From positions 1 through 25,842 of IMG/VR virus record IMGVR_UViG_3300020176_000084: DNA of 25,842 nucleotides; one strand, given 5' to 3'. This document shows positions 1 to 8,343 of this stretch, one piece after another. Each line of letters begins with the position of its first letter. Position 1 is the stretch's first letter. The DNA comes from a virus. Its lineage: Duplodnaviria; Caudoviricetes. The notes under the pieces are model-generated. The model saw nothing but the letters and a program-made list of their open reading frames with translations, ran no database searches and was not told where the DNA came from. The position numbers and the translations under genes were made by a program.

Positions 1-9
1 GATTGGAGG

Positions 10-222
10 ATGACGATGGAATTCGATGTTGTGCCCATCCAGTCGTTCGGGCGCGCCCCGCACGCATGGGCCGTGGAGCGAGGCGGCGAACGCTACTCGC
101 GACACGATAACCAGGTATCCGCGTGGCAGCACTGTTACGCGCTTCGGATGCTGACCGAGGAACAGATTAGAGCGTCCAGGGATATGGCGCTCGCACATAT
201 GGGAGAGAGACATGCCGCATGA
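10..222 (+). CDS. Phage hypothetical protein
   Basis: GGAGG RBS before ATG at 10; overlaps the start of the next gene. Confidence 0.65.
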   Translation: MTMEFDVVPIQSFGRAPHAWAVERGGERYSRHDNQVSAWQHCYALRMLTEEQIRASRDMALAHMGERHAA

Positions 223-967
223 TGAAACGCCGGGTATCGGGCACAACGAACCACCTGTCGAGATGACGCCTTTCGAGGCCATCAAGGCCGAAATCAATGG
301 GCTCTACGACGAAGCCCTTGGGTGGTGCGATGGCGAGCCGGTCGAGAACCAAGGGCAAGCTGACGGGCTCGGCGAACTCATGAACCTTATCCGTGACGCT
401 TCGGGACGGGCCGACGCGCTCCGAAAAAAGGAGAACGAGCCCTTCGATCAAGGCAAGGCGGAAGTTCAGGCTCGATACGCGCCGTTGATCGCGGACACGA
501 AATCAACCAAAGGGAAAACGGTTCTAGCGGTCGACGCCTGCAAGAAAGCCCTCGCGCCGTGGCTCCACAAGCTTGATGAGGAAATGCGCGCCAAGGAAGC
601 CGCCGCCCGTGAAGAAGCGGAGCGCTTGCGGAAAGAAGCCGAGGAAGCCATCGCCATGGCGGATTCGGACAACCTTGCCGCCCGCGCCGATGCCGAGAGC
701 CGCATCAACGACGCCAAGGAAGCCGAGAAGGTTGTCGCCAGGGCCGCGAAGGATAAGGCCGGCGCTTCTGGTGGCGTAGGGCGCGCGGTCACTCTCCGCA
801 CCTTCTATCGCGGCGAAATCACCGACGCCACCGCCGTTGCCAAGCACTATTGGCTGACCAACCGCGCCGAGGTGATGGCGTTTTTTCAAACCCTCGTGGA
901 CGCCGACGTGCGGGCTAAGCGCCCCGTGCCGGGAGTGACCGTCCATGCAGAAAAGAAGGCGGCTTGA
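212..967 (+). CDS. Coiled-coil phage protein of the recombination module
   Basis: 251 aa, Ala/Glu/Lys-rich helical sequence, N-terminal IGHNxPP motif, directly upstream of the annealing protein. Confidence 0.8.
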   Translation: MPHDETPGIGHNEPPVEMTPFEAIKAEINGLYDEALGWCDGEPVENQGQADGLGELMNLIRDASGRADALRKKENEPFDQGKAEVQARYAPLIADTKSTKGKTVLAVDACKKALAPWLHKLDEEMRAKEAAAREEAERLRKEAEEAIAMADSDNLAARADAESRINDAKEAEKVVARAAKDKAGASGGVGRAVTLRTFYRGEITDATAVAKHYWLTNRAEVMAFFQTLVDADVRAKRPVPGVTVHAEKKAA

Positions 968-969
968 TA

Positions 970-1755
970 ATGCCATTTACCGAAGAAATCACCGCAAACC
1001 TCTCCGCCGGACTCGATAAGGCCTATGTCAAGCAGCGTCAGCAGGGCGGCGCGCGCCTTTCCTACGTCGAAGCGTGGCATGTCATCGCCGAAGCCAATCG
1101 GATCTTCGGGTTTGACGGATGGGCACGGGAAACCGTGATCCTTCAGGAAACCAATCGCGACCTGAAAGAACTCAAAGGCCAAAACAGCACCTATGAACAA
1201 TGGCGTGTCGGCTACATGGCAAAAGTTCGCATCACGGCCCACGGTGTTGTCCGTGAAGGCACCGGGTTTGGCATTGGAATGGGGCGCCCCGAAGCCTTGG
1301 GCGACGCCATCGAATCCGCCGTCAAGGAAGCGGAGTCCGACGCGATGAAGCGCGCGATGATGACGTTCGGGCATCCGTTTGGGCTGGCCTTGTACGACAA
1401 ATCGCAATCGAACGTGGTTGACAGCCCGCAAGAGCCGAAGCCCAAACCTCAAGCGGAACACACGCCCTTCGACGATGACAAGCCCGACCCCGTAGCGGAA
1501 TGGGCCAACAAGAACTGGACCGCCGACAAGCTCGACGTGCGCCAAATGGGGCTACCCGACGAAAAGCTGGCTGGCGCGCTCAAGAACATGGCGGCTTACG
1601 CCCCGACCATCCAGCGGTTGGACGAACTCTGGGCTCTGAATGCCGCCTATCACGGCTGGTTAAGCGCGAACAACGAAGATGCATTCGCGTCCATTAAAGC
1701 CGCCTTCGCCAACCGCAAAGGCTTTCTCTCACAAGAGCCCGCCAAGGCGGCATAG
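970..1755 (+). CDS. Rad52/Rad22-family (Sak-like) single-strand annealing protein
   Basis: Motifs LSYVEAWHVIAEANRIFGFDGW, VREGTGFG and AVKEAESDAMKRAMMTFGHPFGLALYDK. Confidence 0.92.
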   Translation: MPFTEEITANLSAGLDKAYVKQRQQGGARLSYVEAWHVIAEANRIFGFDGWARETVILQETNRDLKELKGQNSTYEQWRVGYMAKVRITAHGVVREGTGFGIGMGRPEALGDAIESAVKEAESDAMKRAMMTFGHPFGLALYDKSQSNVVDSPQEPKPKPQAEHTPFDDDKPDPVAEWANKNWTADKLDVRQMGLPDEKLAGALKNMAAYAPTIQRLDELWALNAAYHGWLSANNEDAFASIKAAFANRKGFLSQEPAKAA

Positions 1756-1764
1756 GAGGTCACA

Positions 1765-2010
1765 ATGAAACTCAAAAGCGTTCACATTCATCGTCATTGG
1801 GGCAACACCAGACAATTCTCATGCAAGGTCGATTTCGAGGGCCTTCACGGGGACGTGAGCCTCAATCTCAACGAAGACATGGCGCAGCGAATTCTGGAGG
1901 TTTGCGCCGATCTTGTCGTCGAGGCGGGTCAAGAAACGGCACGAGAGATCCAATCGAAGGAGCCGCGTAATGGCTGGCAGCGAAATCTCGATCTCCATCT
2001 GTCCTTTTGA
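1765..2010 (+). CDS. Phage hypothetical protein (C-terminus possibly frameshifted)
   Basis: AGGAGG RBS; an out-of-frame IEGAA* end coupled to the next ATG lies at about 1953-1970. Confidence 0.65.
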   Translation: MKLKSVHIHRHWGNTRQFSCKVDFEGLHGDVSLNLNEDMAQRILEVCADLVVEAGQETAREIQSKEPRNGWQRNLDLHLSF

Positions 2011-2188
2011 AGGTGGCGATGTCGACGTGATCATTAAAGACCGAAAGTCGGGCGAAGAGATTTGTTTTACCTCGACCCGAAAGCTCTCCGACGCGGAATT
2101 TGAATTCGTGAATCGCGTCGCCCCGTCTTGCGTCTTCACGCCTTATCGACAGTTCAACCCTCGACCCGAAAGCAAGGGAGCCGCGTAA
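1970..2188 (+). CDS. Phage hypothetical protein (MAGSEISISIC...)
   Basis: AAGGAG RBS and TAATG junctions at both ends. Confidence 0.65.
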   Translation: MAGSEISISICPFEGGDVDVIIKDRKSGEEICFTSTRKLSDAEFEFVNRVAPSCVFTPYRQFNPRPESKGAA

Positions 2189-2637
2189 TGCTCAACATGA
2201 ACTTCACCGGGAATCTCGGCAAGGATGCCGAAACCCGCGCCATCCAATCCGGCGATAAGGTCACATCTTTCAGCGTTGGCGTAAAAGTCGGGTTTGGCGA
2301 CCGCCAAAAAACCCAATGGGTAAACTGCGCCTTTTGGGGTGACCGTGGCGAAAAGGTGGCCCCGTATCTGAAAAAGGGAACGCTTGTCGCCATCACCGGC
2401 ACGCCATCCACCAGGGCGTACATCCCGAACAACGGCGGTGATCCGCGTGCGGAATTGCAGTGCTCGGTCGGTCAACTCGATTTGCTTGGCGGTCGCGGCG
2501 ATGGTGAAGCGCGCGGCGGGGACCAGGGCGGCTCCGCTGGCGACTATCGCGAGGCATCCGGTGGTGGCGGCTATGACGCGGGGCCGGATGACCTCAATGA
2601 CGAGGTGCCTTTTATCTCGTCACACGGGATCTGGTGA
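2188..2637 (+). CDS. ssb: Single-stranded DNA-binding protein
   Basis: OB-fold motifs GNLGKDAETR, TQWVNCAFWG and YLKKGTLV; Gly-rich linker; acidic DDLNDEVPF tail. Confidence 0.95.
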   Translation: MLNMNFTGNLGKDAETRAIQSGDKVTSFSVGVKVGFGDRQKTQWVNCAFWGDRGEKVAPYLKKGTLVAITGTPSTRAYIPNNGGDPRAELQCSVGQLDLLGGRGDGEARGGDQGGSAGDYREASGGGGYDAGPDDLNDEVPFISSHGIW

Positions 2638-2647
2638 TGACCACCCC

Positions 2648-2995
2648 ATGCTCCGCCGTCGCCGCAAAGCTAAGAAAAACGAGCCGATTGATAGTTCAAT
2701 GCTGCCATTCGGCAAGGCCGCGCGCGTGCGAGACGACGCTTATAAACGGAGCGCCGAACAGCGCCCGTGCGATGCGTGCGGGCATGGCGGAGATGGCTCC
2801 GTTGTCCTGGCTCATATCTCAATCGATGGGAATGCTGGGACGGGCATTAAAGCGCCGGACGATCAAGCCGCGTTCCTCTGTGACGAATGCCATCGAGAAT
2901 TCGACACGCAACCGGACAAGTGGCGGTGGCTCGTCACCAACGTGCTTCTCCCGATGCTTCGCAAGCGCCACCAGGATTGGAAGGTAAACCGATGA
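2648..2995 (+). CDS. Zn-binding HNH-like nuclease (DUF968/DUF1364-like)
   Basis: PCDACG, VVLAH, GTGIKAPD and LCDECHREFD motifs. Confidence 0.75.
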   Translation: MLRRRRKAKKNEPIDSSMLPFGKAARVRDDAYKRSAEQRPCDACGHGGDGSVVLAHISIDGNAGTGIKAPDDQAAFLCDECHREFDTQPDKWRWLVTNVLLPMLRKRHQDWKVNR

Positions 2996-3420
2996 CGGCA
3001 CCGGCATTCTTCCGCAAGGAACTAGGAGGGCTCCGGCCCGAGGGCGACACGGCAACGGCGGTCCTCGGCAAGATCAAGCTCGGAGACGTGGTGAAGGTCA
3101 AGATCAATCGCCCCCGGAACTTGGCACACCATCGAAAATTCTGGGCCTTGATGAACCTCGTTTTCGAAAACCAAGAGCATTACGAGAGCGTCGAGAACAT
3201 GGTGGCCGCGATGAAAACGGCGGTCGGGCACTGCGATTTCATGCCGAGCAAAGACGGCAACACCATGATCGCTATCCCGAAATCCATCGCGTTTCACAAG
3301 ATGGATCAGACGGAATTCGAGACGTTCTACGAGAACTGTCTCAACGTCATTGCCAAGCACTTTATCCCCGGCATCGACAAGGACGATTTGCGCAAGGAAG
3401 TGGAGAGTTTTCTCTCATGA
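2992..3420 (+). CDS. DUF1367-family phage protein
   Basis: RPRNLAHHRKFWAL and PKSIAFHKMDQTEFETFY motifs; ATGA coupling. Confidence 0.85.
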   Translation: MTAPAFFRKELGGLRPEGDTATAVLGKIKLGDVVKVKINRPRNLAHHRKFWALMNLVFENQEHYESVENMVAAMKTAVGHCDFMPSKDGNTMIAIPKSIAFHKMDQTEFETFYENCLNVIAKHFIPGIDKDDLRKEVESFLS

Positions 3421-3659
3421 ACGACGCTCGACCCTTCTTCCATGACCATGACTTCGCGACGATCCAAAGCGAGCACCCAAACATGACGTGGCCCGAACTC
3501 AACGAGAAATATCGCCAGCCGGAATGGTGTGGCGAGCCTGATCCCATAAATCCGATGGGGTGCTGGGGTTTGGCTTGGGGCGAGATCAAGAGGCCAGCAG
3601 ACTGCGGGGACTGCCCATCCCGCATCACTCCCAACGACCCAGCTGAGCGCACGCGATGA
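3417..3659 (+). CDS. Small Cys-containing hypothetical protein
   Basis: ATGA overlap; QPEWC...MGCWGL...CGDCP. Confidence 0.7.
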   Translation: MNDARPFFHDHDFATIQSEHPNMTWPELNEKYRQPEWCGEPDPINPMGCWGLAWGEIKRPADCGDCPSRITPNDPAERTR

Positions 3660-3704
3660 CCACCCGCCGCACCCCTACCCCTACCCCAGAGACGGGAGAG
3701 ACCA

Positions 3705-4064
3705 ATGGCTGACACCCCTACCCCGGAAATGGTCGAGCGCGTTGCGCGAGCGATTTGCCTGAACCGCGGCGGCCAATGCGATTGCCACGATGCAGGAAGT
3801 TGCTTCGCGCTGTCCGAACATCTCTTGACTGAAAGCAACCCGACCTTTCATCAAGCTCGCGCCGCCATCAAGGCCATGCTGGAGCCTACCGAAGTGATGG
3901 TCGCCGCCGCCGCCCCCGCCCACGAGGGGGAGCGAATTATGCACAAAGTCGCCTACCGTCTCATGATCGACGCCGCCCTATCCGAGACACCCATGCCAGA
4001 GGGCTTGCCGACCGGCGACACGATCTTTGGCGGCGATGGTCAGAAGACGGACACCAGCAAATGA
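3705..4064 (+). CDS. Phage hypothetical protein
   Basis: GGGAGA RBS; EMVERVARAI...ARAAIKAMLEPTEVM...YRLMIDAAL pattern common in alphaproteobacterial phage early regions. Confidence 0.75.
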   Translation: MADTPTPEMVERVARAICLNRGGQCDCHDAGSCFALSEHLLTESNPTFHQARAAIKAMLEPTEVMVAAAAPAHEGERIMHKVAYRLMIDAALSETPMPEGLPTGDTIFGGDGQKTDTSK

Positions 4065-4504
4065 CACTCGCGACTGTGCCGCTGTCACTCAAAGAGGCCA
4101 ACGAATTTGTGCGCGCACACCATCGACATCACGCCCCGGTGGTCGGCCACAAGTTCTCTATCGGTGCCGCGCTGGGCGACGCGATTGTCGGAGTAGCGAT
4201 CATCGGACGCCCTGTTTCGCGCCACCGTGACGACGGCCTCACGCTTGAGGTCACGCGCCTTTGCACGGACGGCACGCGGAACGCTTGCTCTTTCCTATAC
4301 GGGGCATCTTGGCGCGCGGCCAAGGCGCTAGGATTCAAAAAACTCGGAACCTACACGACGCCAGAAGAAGGCGGGGCCAGTTTACGCGGCGCTGGGTGGC
4401 GTCTGGTTGCCGAGACGCCGGGGCGCAGTTGGTCGGTTCAATCTCGTCCGCGCGTGGATACGCACCCTCTCGGGCAAAAACTTCTTTGGGAAGTCGAAGC
4501 ATGA
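4061..4504 (+). CDS. XF1762-family protein (Mom-like GNAT fold, putative DNA modification)
   Basis: EANEFVRAHHRHH, GVAIIGRPVSR, LEVTRLCTDGTRNACSFLYGA, YTTPEEGGASLRGAGW. Confidence 0.88.
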   Translation: MTLATVPLSLKEANEFVRAHHRHHAPVVGHKFSIGAALGDAIVGVAIIGRPVSRHRDDGLTLEVTRLCTDGTRNACSFLYGASWRAAKALGFKKLGTYTTPEEGGASLRGAGWRLVAETPGRSWSVQSRPRVDTHPLGQKLLWEVEA

Positions 4505-4699
4505 CCGCCCTATCCGAGACACCAGAGACGGGAGAACGGTGATGGCTGATTTTGGCGGCGTGCTTGTTTGTAAAATCGTGCCCCCCGTCGTCGCCGGATC
4601 TGGCGCGGCTGGAGTATGCCCGGCTCAATCAATCTGGGTGTTGAGACAGTCGACCGTGCGATTGCGGGATTGGTCACCGCAGGCGGAGGCATAGAGACC

Positions 4700-5065
4700 A
4701 TGGCCGCGAAACTCAATCTAGAGCCCGGCACTTTCTACACCGAGGGCGAGATATTGGAGCGATGCCGTGGCCTGTTCTCTAATCGGGAACTGCGCCGCGC
4801 GCGCGACAAAGCCGAAATTGAATACTACGCTTTGGACAAAGGCCCGCGATACGACCGCGACCAGATTCTAGCCTACATGAACCGGAGGCTCAAAAAATGC
4901 CCAGAGGCGGACCAGGCGGAGAAACCTTCGAATACGGCGGATACTGGCTCGGAACCGAGACCAGCAGCGACGCCTTCTACCGATATTGGTACGAGCAGCG
5001 AGGACGAAAGATCCGCCGCCGCTCACTTGGCACTAGTGATTGGGAAGAGGCCAAGCGAGCGCTGA
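4700..5065 (+). CDS. xis: Excisionase-like DNA-binding protein
   Basis: Small winged-HTH-like N-terminus (LRRARDKAEIEYY...PRYDRDQILAYM) directly upstream of and overlapping the integrase. Confidence 0.6.
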   Translation: MAAKLNLEPGTFYTEGEILERCRGLFSNRELRRARDKAEIEYYALDKGPRYDRDQILAYMNRRLKKCPEADQAEKPSNTADTGSEPRPAATPSTDIGTSSEDERSAAAHLALVIGKRPSER

Positions 5066-6114
5066 TCACCCATGTTCAAGTCAACGAAGCACCCAAGGGC
5101 CAAGAGCCGGAAAGCGTATTTCTCGCCGTGTTAATGGAACGATATTTCCTCGACGTGACCGATAAGAAAGCAAGCGCCGATGACGCGCGCGCGGCGGGAA
5201 AGCTGATGCTGGATTACTTCGGACCCGAGGCAAAGTTTGCTGATATCACGATCGATAAACAACGCGAATTCATGCGCGCGTTCGACGACAAGGGCCACGC
5301 GGTCGGAACGATATCGCGCAACCTGTCCGTACTCAGCGCCGCCAAGAACCACGCCTTGAGAGCGGAGATTATCCGATCCGCGCAACCCGTCTTATACGCC
5401 CCCGGCACCGTCGCCGAGATACTGGACAAGGAAGCGCCGAAAAACCGGGAATGGGTTCCAACCGTCCAGCAAGTTGGTGAGTTGTTTGACTACCTAAACG
5501 AAGACCCAAGAGCTGGTCACCTGTTTTGGTACACCATCGCCGCCCTCAACACTGGAGCCAGGCCGGATGCGATACTTGGATTGACGGTCGAGCAGTTCGA
5601 TTGGGCGCATCGCACGATCGCACTCAACCCGCCGGGCCGTCGGCAGGAGCCAAAGAAGTTTCGCCCGACGATCAAATCGCCGCTTTGTCTTTGGGGCTGG
5701 GCTCAGCATCGCAAAGGCTGGAAGCTTTGGGTCGGATACGGGAAGAAGGAACGCCGCCTCACCAACATGAAGAATTTTGGCCGGCGCGTCCGTGAGAGCT
5801 TGGGGTGGTCGGAGTTTGTCCCCTACACGCTACGCCACTTCGTCGCGACACAGACCTATGACCGGATGCGGCGCGCGGGGATCGTGGACGCAAAGCAGCA
5901 GACCGCTTACTTGCTAGGCCACACTGGCGAGCTTAAGTCGACCACCGACCGCTACATCAAATATAGCGCGGATTTCATGTCGGACACCGTTCGAGCGATC
6001 GACGACATGATGGTCGAGATCCAGGATCACACCCGGAAACAGCTATTTGCACCCAAAATGCACCCAAAAAAGGGTATGATGGTGGTGCATGGTGGAGGCC
6101 AAAATGTTCAATGA
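4897..6114 (+). CDS. int: Tyrosine recombinase / phage integrase
   Basis: Catalytic motifs TGARPD (R), YTLRH (H/Y-x-x-R), LLGH and TTDRY; GGAGG RBS; adjacent to the tRNA-derived att core. Confidence 0.95.
   Translation: MPRGGPGGETFEYGGYWLGTETSSDAFYRYWYEQRGRKIRRRSLGTSDWEEAKRALITHVQVNEAPKGQEPESVFLAVLMERYFLDVTDKKASADDARAAGKLMLDYFGPEAKFADITIDKQREFMRAFDDKGHAVGTISRNLSVLSAAKNHALRAEIIRSAQPVLYAPGTVAEILDKEAPKNREWVPTVQQVGELFDYLNEDPRAGHLFWYTIAALNTGARPDAILGLTVEQFDWAHRTIALNPPGRRQEPKKFRPTIKSPLCLWGWAQHRKGWKLWVGYGKKERRLTNMKNFGRRVRESLGWSEFVPYTLRHFVATQTYDRMRRAGIVDAKQQTAYLLGHTGELKSTTDRYIKYSADFMSDTVRAIDDMMVEIQDHTRKQLFAPKMHPKKGMMVVHGGGQNVQ
6048..6068 (+). repeat. Integrase arm-type sites, left pair (TGCACCCAAA x2)
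   Basis: Direct repeats at 6048-6057 and 6059-6068, inside the int 3' end. Confidence 0.75.
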
Positions 6115-6122
6115 GAACAAGA

Positions 6123-6172
6123 TGGTGGGCACGACTGGGATTGAACCAGTGACCCCCTCGATGTCAACGAGG
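6123..6172 (-). mobile_element. attP core: 3' half of tRNA-Val(GAC) including CCA
   Basis: The reverse complement CCTCG-TTGACAT-CGAGG-GGGTC-ACTGG-TTCAATC-CCAGT-CGTGCCC-ACCA gives the anticodon arm, T-arm, acceptor 3' strand and CCA. There is no D-arm or 5' half. Confidence 0.92.
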
Positions 6173-6262
6173 ACATCACCCCCGAAAACCGCACGAAACC
6201 GCGATTGTTACCAACCGCTTGATGACGATAGCGGCGGGTACGTTACGGGAACATTCGGCATT

Positions 6263-6283
6263 TGCACCCAAATTGCACCCAAA
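6263..6283 (+). repeat. Integrase arm-type sites, right pair (TGCACCCAAA x2)
   Basis: Direct repeats at 6263-6272 and 6274-6283, identical to the left pair. Confidence 0.75.
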
Positions 6284-6339
6284 TGCCCGCCACACGGCCT
6301 CAATGGGTTAGGGCGGAAGTTGGAAATGGGGGTGGCGTC

Positions 6340-7113
6340 GTGAGGACTATATCCTGGTTTTCATGCGGCGCTGCGAGCGCTGTCGCCACAAAACTCTCCT
6401 CCCCCGATGTCGTGGCCTATTGCCATACCGGAGCCGAGCATGAAGACAACGCTCGGTTTATGGCTGACTGTGCGGCTTGGTTCGGGCAAGAAATCACTAT
6501 TCTAAAGTCCGAAATCTACGCCGACACTTGGGACGTGTGGGAACGCCGAAAATATCTAGCGGGCGTCGCCGGGGCGCCCTGCACGCTGGAATTGAAGGTC
6601 AAGCCCCGCCTCGCCTTTGAGCGCCCCGACGACCTCCATGTTTTCGGCTACACCTATGATCAGCGCGACATCGCCCGCGCCGAGGCGCTTGTCGAACACT
6701 ATCCGGATCTGCAACTAAAATTTCCATTGATCGAGCAACAACTCTCAAAAGCAGCGTGCTTAGACATGGTTGGCCGTGCTGGCATTCAACCGCCACTGAC
6801 ATATGCGCTTGGATTCCCCAATGCCAACTGTCTCCCATGCGTCAAAGCGACGAGCCCCGCCTATTGGGCCTTAGTTCGGCAAGAGTTCCCGGATCGTTTC
6901 GCTCGCATGGTTAAAATCTCCCGAGAGCTAGGCGTAAAGCTAACCAGAATCAAAGGCGTCCGAAGCTTCATTGACGAAATTCCACCCGACCACCCCGTCA
7001 CCCAGCCGATAGCGCCCGATTGCGATTTCCTATGCTCGCTCGTGGAACAAGATATGGCGGAGACCGTCACCGACCAGTCGCCGGGATTAGAAAAGATTGG
7101 GGGTGGGGAATGA
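6340..7113 (+). CDS. PAPS-reductase-like / PP-loop adenine nucleotide alpha-hydrolase family protein
   Basis: N-terminal WFSCGAASAVA PP-loop, APCTLELKVKPR, NANCLPCVK and terminal CDFLC cysteines; GTG start. Confidence 0.85.
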   Translation: MRTISWFSCGAASAVATKLSSPDVVAYCHTGAEHEDNARFMADCAAWFGQEITILKSEIYADTWDVWERRKYLAGVAGAPCTLELKVKPRLAFERPDDLHVFGYTYDQRDIARAEALVEHYPDLQLKFPLIEQQLSKAACLDMVGRAGIQPPLTYALGFPNANCLPCVKATSPAYWALVRQEFPDRFARMVKISRELGVKLTRIKGVRSFIDEIPPDHPVTQPIAPDCDFLCSLVEQDMAETVTDQSPGLEKIGGGE

Positions 7114-7141
7114 GCCGCATCAATCAAACGTGGAGGGCGGT

Positions 7142-7360
7142 GTGAGCGAATGGTTCGACCCTGCGGAGGTCAATCCGCTCCTATCTCGAATGAGCCTCGA
7201 TATCGACGCCGGGACCATTCGTTACCGTTTGTATCGCCAGGACGGCTCCTTCCAGCCGATGCGCTGCCCAGACTCTCCCATGAACCGGATCTACGTGTCC
7301 TGGTTCAAGGCGCACGATCGATACGGAGCCTCCCCCACTCACCAGACAGGAGAATCGTGA
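7142..7360 (+). CDS. Hypothetical protein
   Basis: GGAGGG RBS before GTG at 7142; coupled to the next gene. Confidence 0.6.
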   Translation: MSEWFDPAEVNPLLSRMSLDIDAGTIRYRLYRQDGSFQPMRCPDSPMNRIYVSWFKAHDRYGASPTHQTGES

Positions 7361-7689
7361 TGGATATCGCGACCAAACTGCGATCCCCGGCGACGGTATT
7401 CTACGAGCATGCCGTAGACGACGGCGCATTGCTGAAAGAAGCCGCCGACGTGCGGGGGATCATGGCGCCGGATGGTCAGATGAATGATGACGCGGACTAT
7501 TGGATGGAAAAGACCGAATCCGCCCTCAAGCGTGCTGGCAACTACCAAATCGCGCTTGCCGTCGCCGAGATGCATATCGCCAGAGCAAGCGGCGGCGGCG
7601 AAACCGACCTTCGCGCTAGGCTCCAGCATGTGATCAATACCGGCGAGCCGATGCCAGAGGCCGGTCAGACGACGGACACCAGCAAATGA
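7360..7689 (+). CDS. Phage hypothetical protein (MDIATKLR...)
   Basis: AGGAGA RBS; LLKEAAD motif; C-terminus shared with gene 3705..4064. Confidence 0.65.
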   Translation: MDIATKLRSPATVFYEHAVDDGALLKEAADVRGIMAPDGQMNDDADYWMEKTESALKRAGNYQIALAVAEMHIARASGGGETDLRARLQHVINTGEPMPEAGQTTDTSK

Positions 7690-7984
7690 CCTGCGCGTCA
7701 CTCGCCGGTCAGGGCTTGGGCTTGGCGGCGCGCTTTATCTCGCGCTCCCGAGCTTCGCTCACACCCGGCTGATAACCTTTGAACGGTTCGACGCCGAAAG
7801 ATCGCTGAGCCGCGCAGAACGGCTCGGAATCGTTTACGCGGAAGTCGATGTTCAGCCCGTGGTCATTCAGACGCGCCTCCGACAGCGCGAAGAAGTCGGC
7901 CAATGTTTGAGATTCGGGCGCAATGATATCGCCCACGCTTTGAGACAGCATGGTATAATCCTTTGATGATTAGGGAGTGACGCG

Positions 7985-8113
7985 ATGCGGATCTTGATCT
8001 TGTTGATGGCGGTGATCGCGGCTCCGGCATGGGCGTCTGATCCGCTTGACGGCATCACGATCCGACCCGATTGCGCCTCGCCAGCCTATGACCGCAAGAT
8101 GGCGGGCTGTTGA
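7985..8113 (+). pseudogene. Short or truncated secreted protein (42 aa, signal peptide)
   Basis: MRILILLMAVIAAPAWA signal peptide, GGGAG RBS, TGGTATAAT extended -10 at 7951-7959. Confidence 0.45.
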
Positions 8114-8343
8114 CCTCCCTCACCCTCTCAGACCTTGCTCAAGATCCGGTCGAGATCCGTTGCCGCCGTTGCGAGCGACATGGCCGGTACTACAAGGCCA
8201 CGCTAGCGGCCCTGGAGGGCGTGGAACCCGGCACCGCCCTTCCCGATATAGCCAACGCTATTGCGCAAGCTAGGTGCGCTGACTGGTCGGAGCTTGGGAA
8301 CAAGCGATGCGCTGTCTACTTCGTGGAGTTGGCCTTGAAGTGA
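8110..8343 (+). CDS. Small Cys-rich (Zn-ribbon-like) hypothetical protein
   Basis: TLSDL...VEIRCRRCERHGRY...C...C.VYF pattern typical of a small alphaproteobacterial family. Confidence 0.65.
   Translation: MTSLTLSDLAQDPVEIRCRRCERHGRYYKATLAALEGVEPGTALPDIANAIAQARCADWSELGNKRCAVYFVELALK

Noticed and set aside
4542-4694. 50-aa ORF MADFGG...
   Set aside because: It has a good RBS but no recognisable protein features. It may be a remnant, so it is not called.
6123-6172. Functional tRNA-Val gene
   Set aside because: The 5' acceptor strand and D-arm are absent; it is an att core.
6089-6343. 84-aa ORF beginning MVEAK...MVGTTGIEPVT
   Set aside because: Typical spurious translation of an antisense tRNA sequence.
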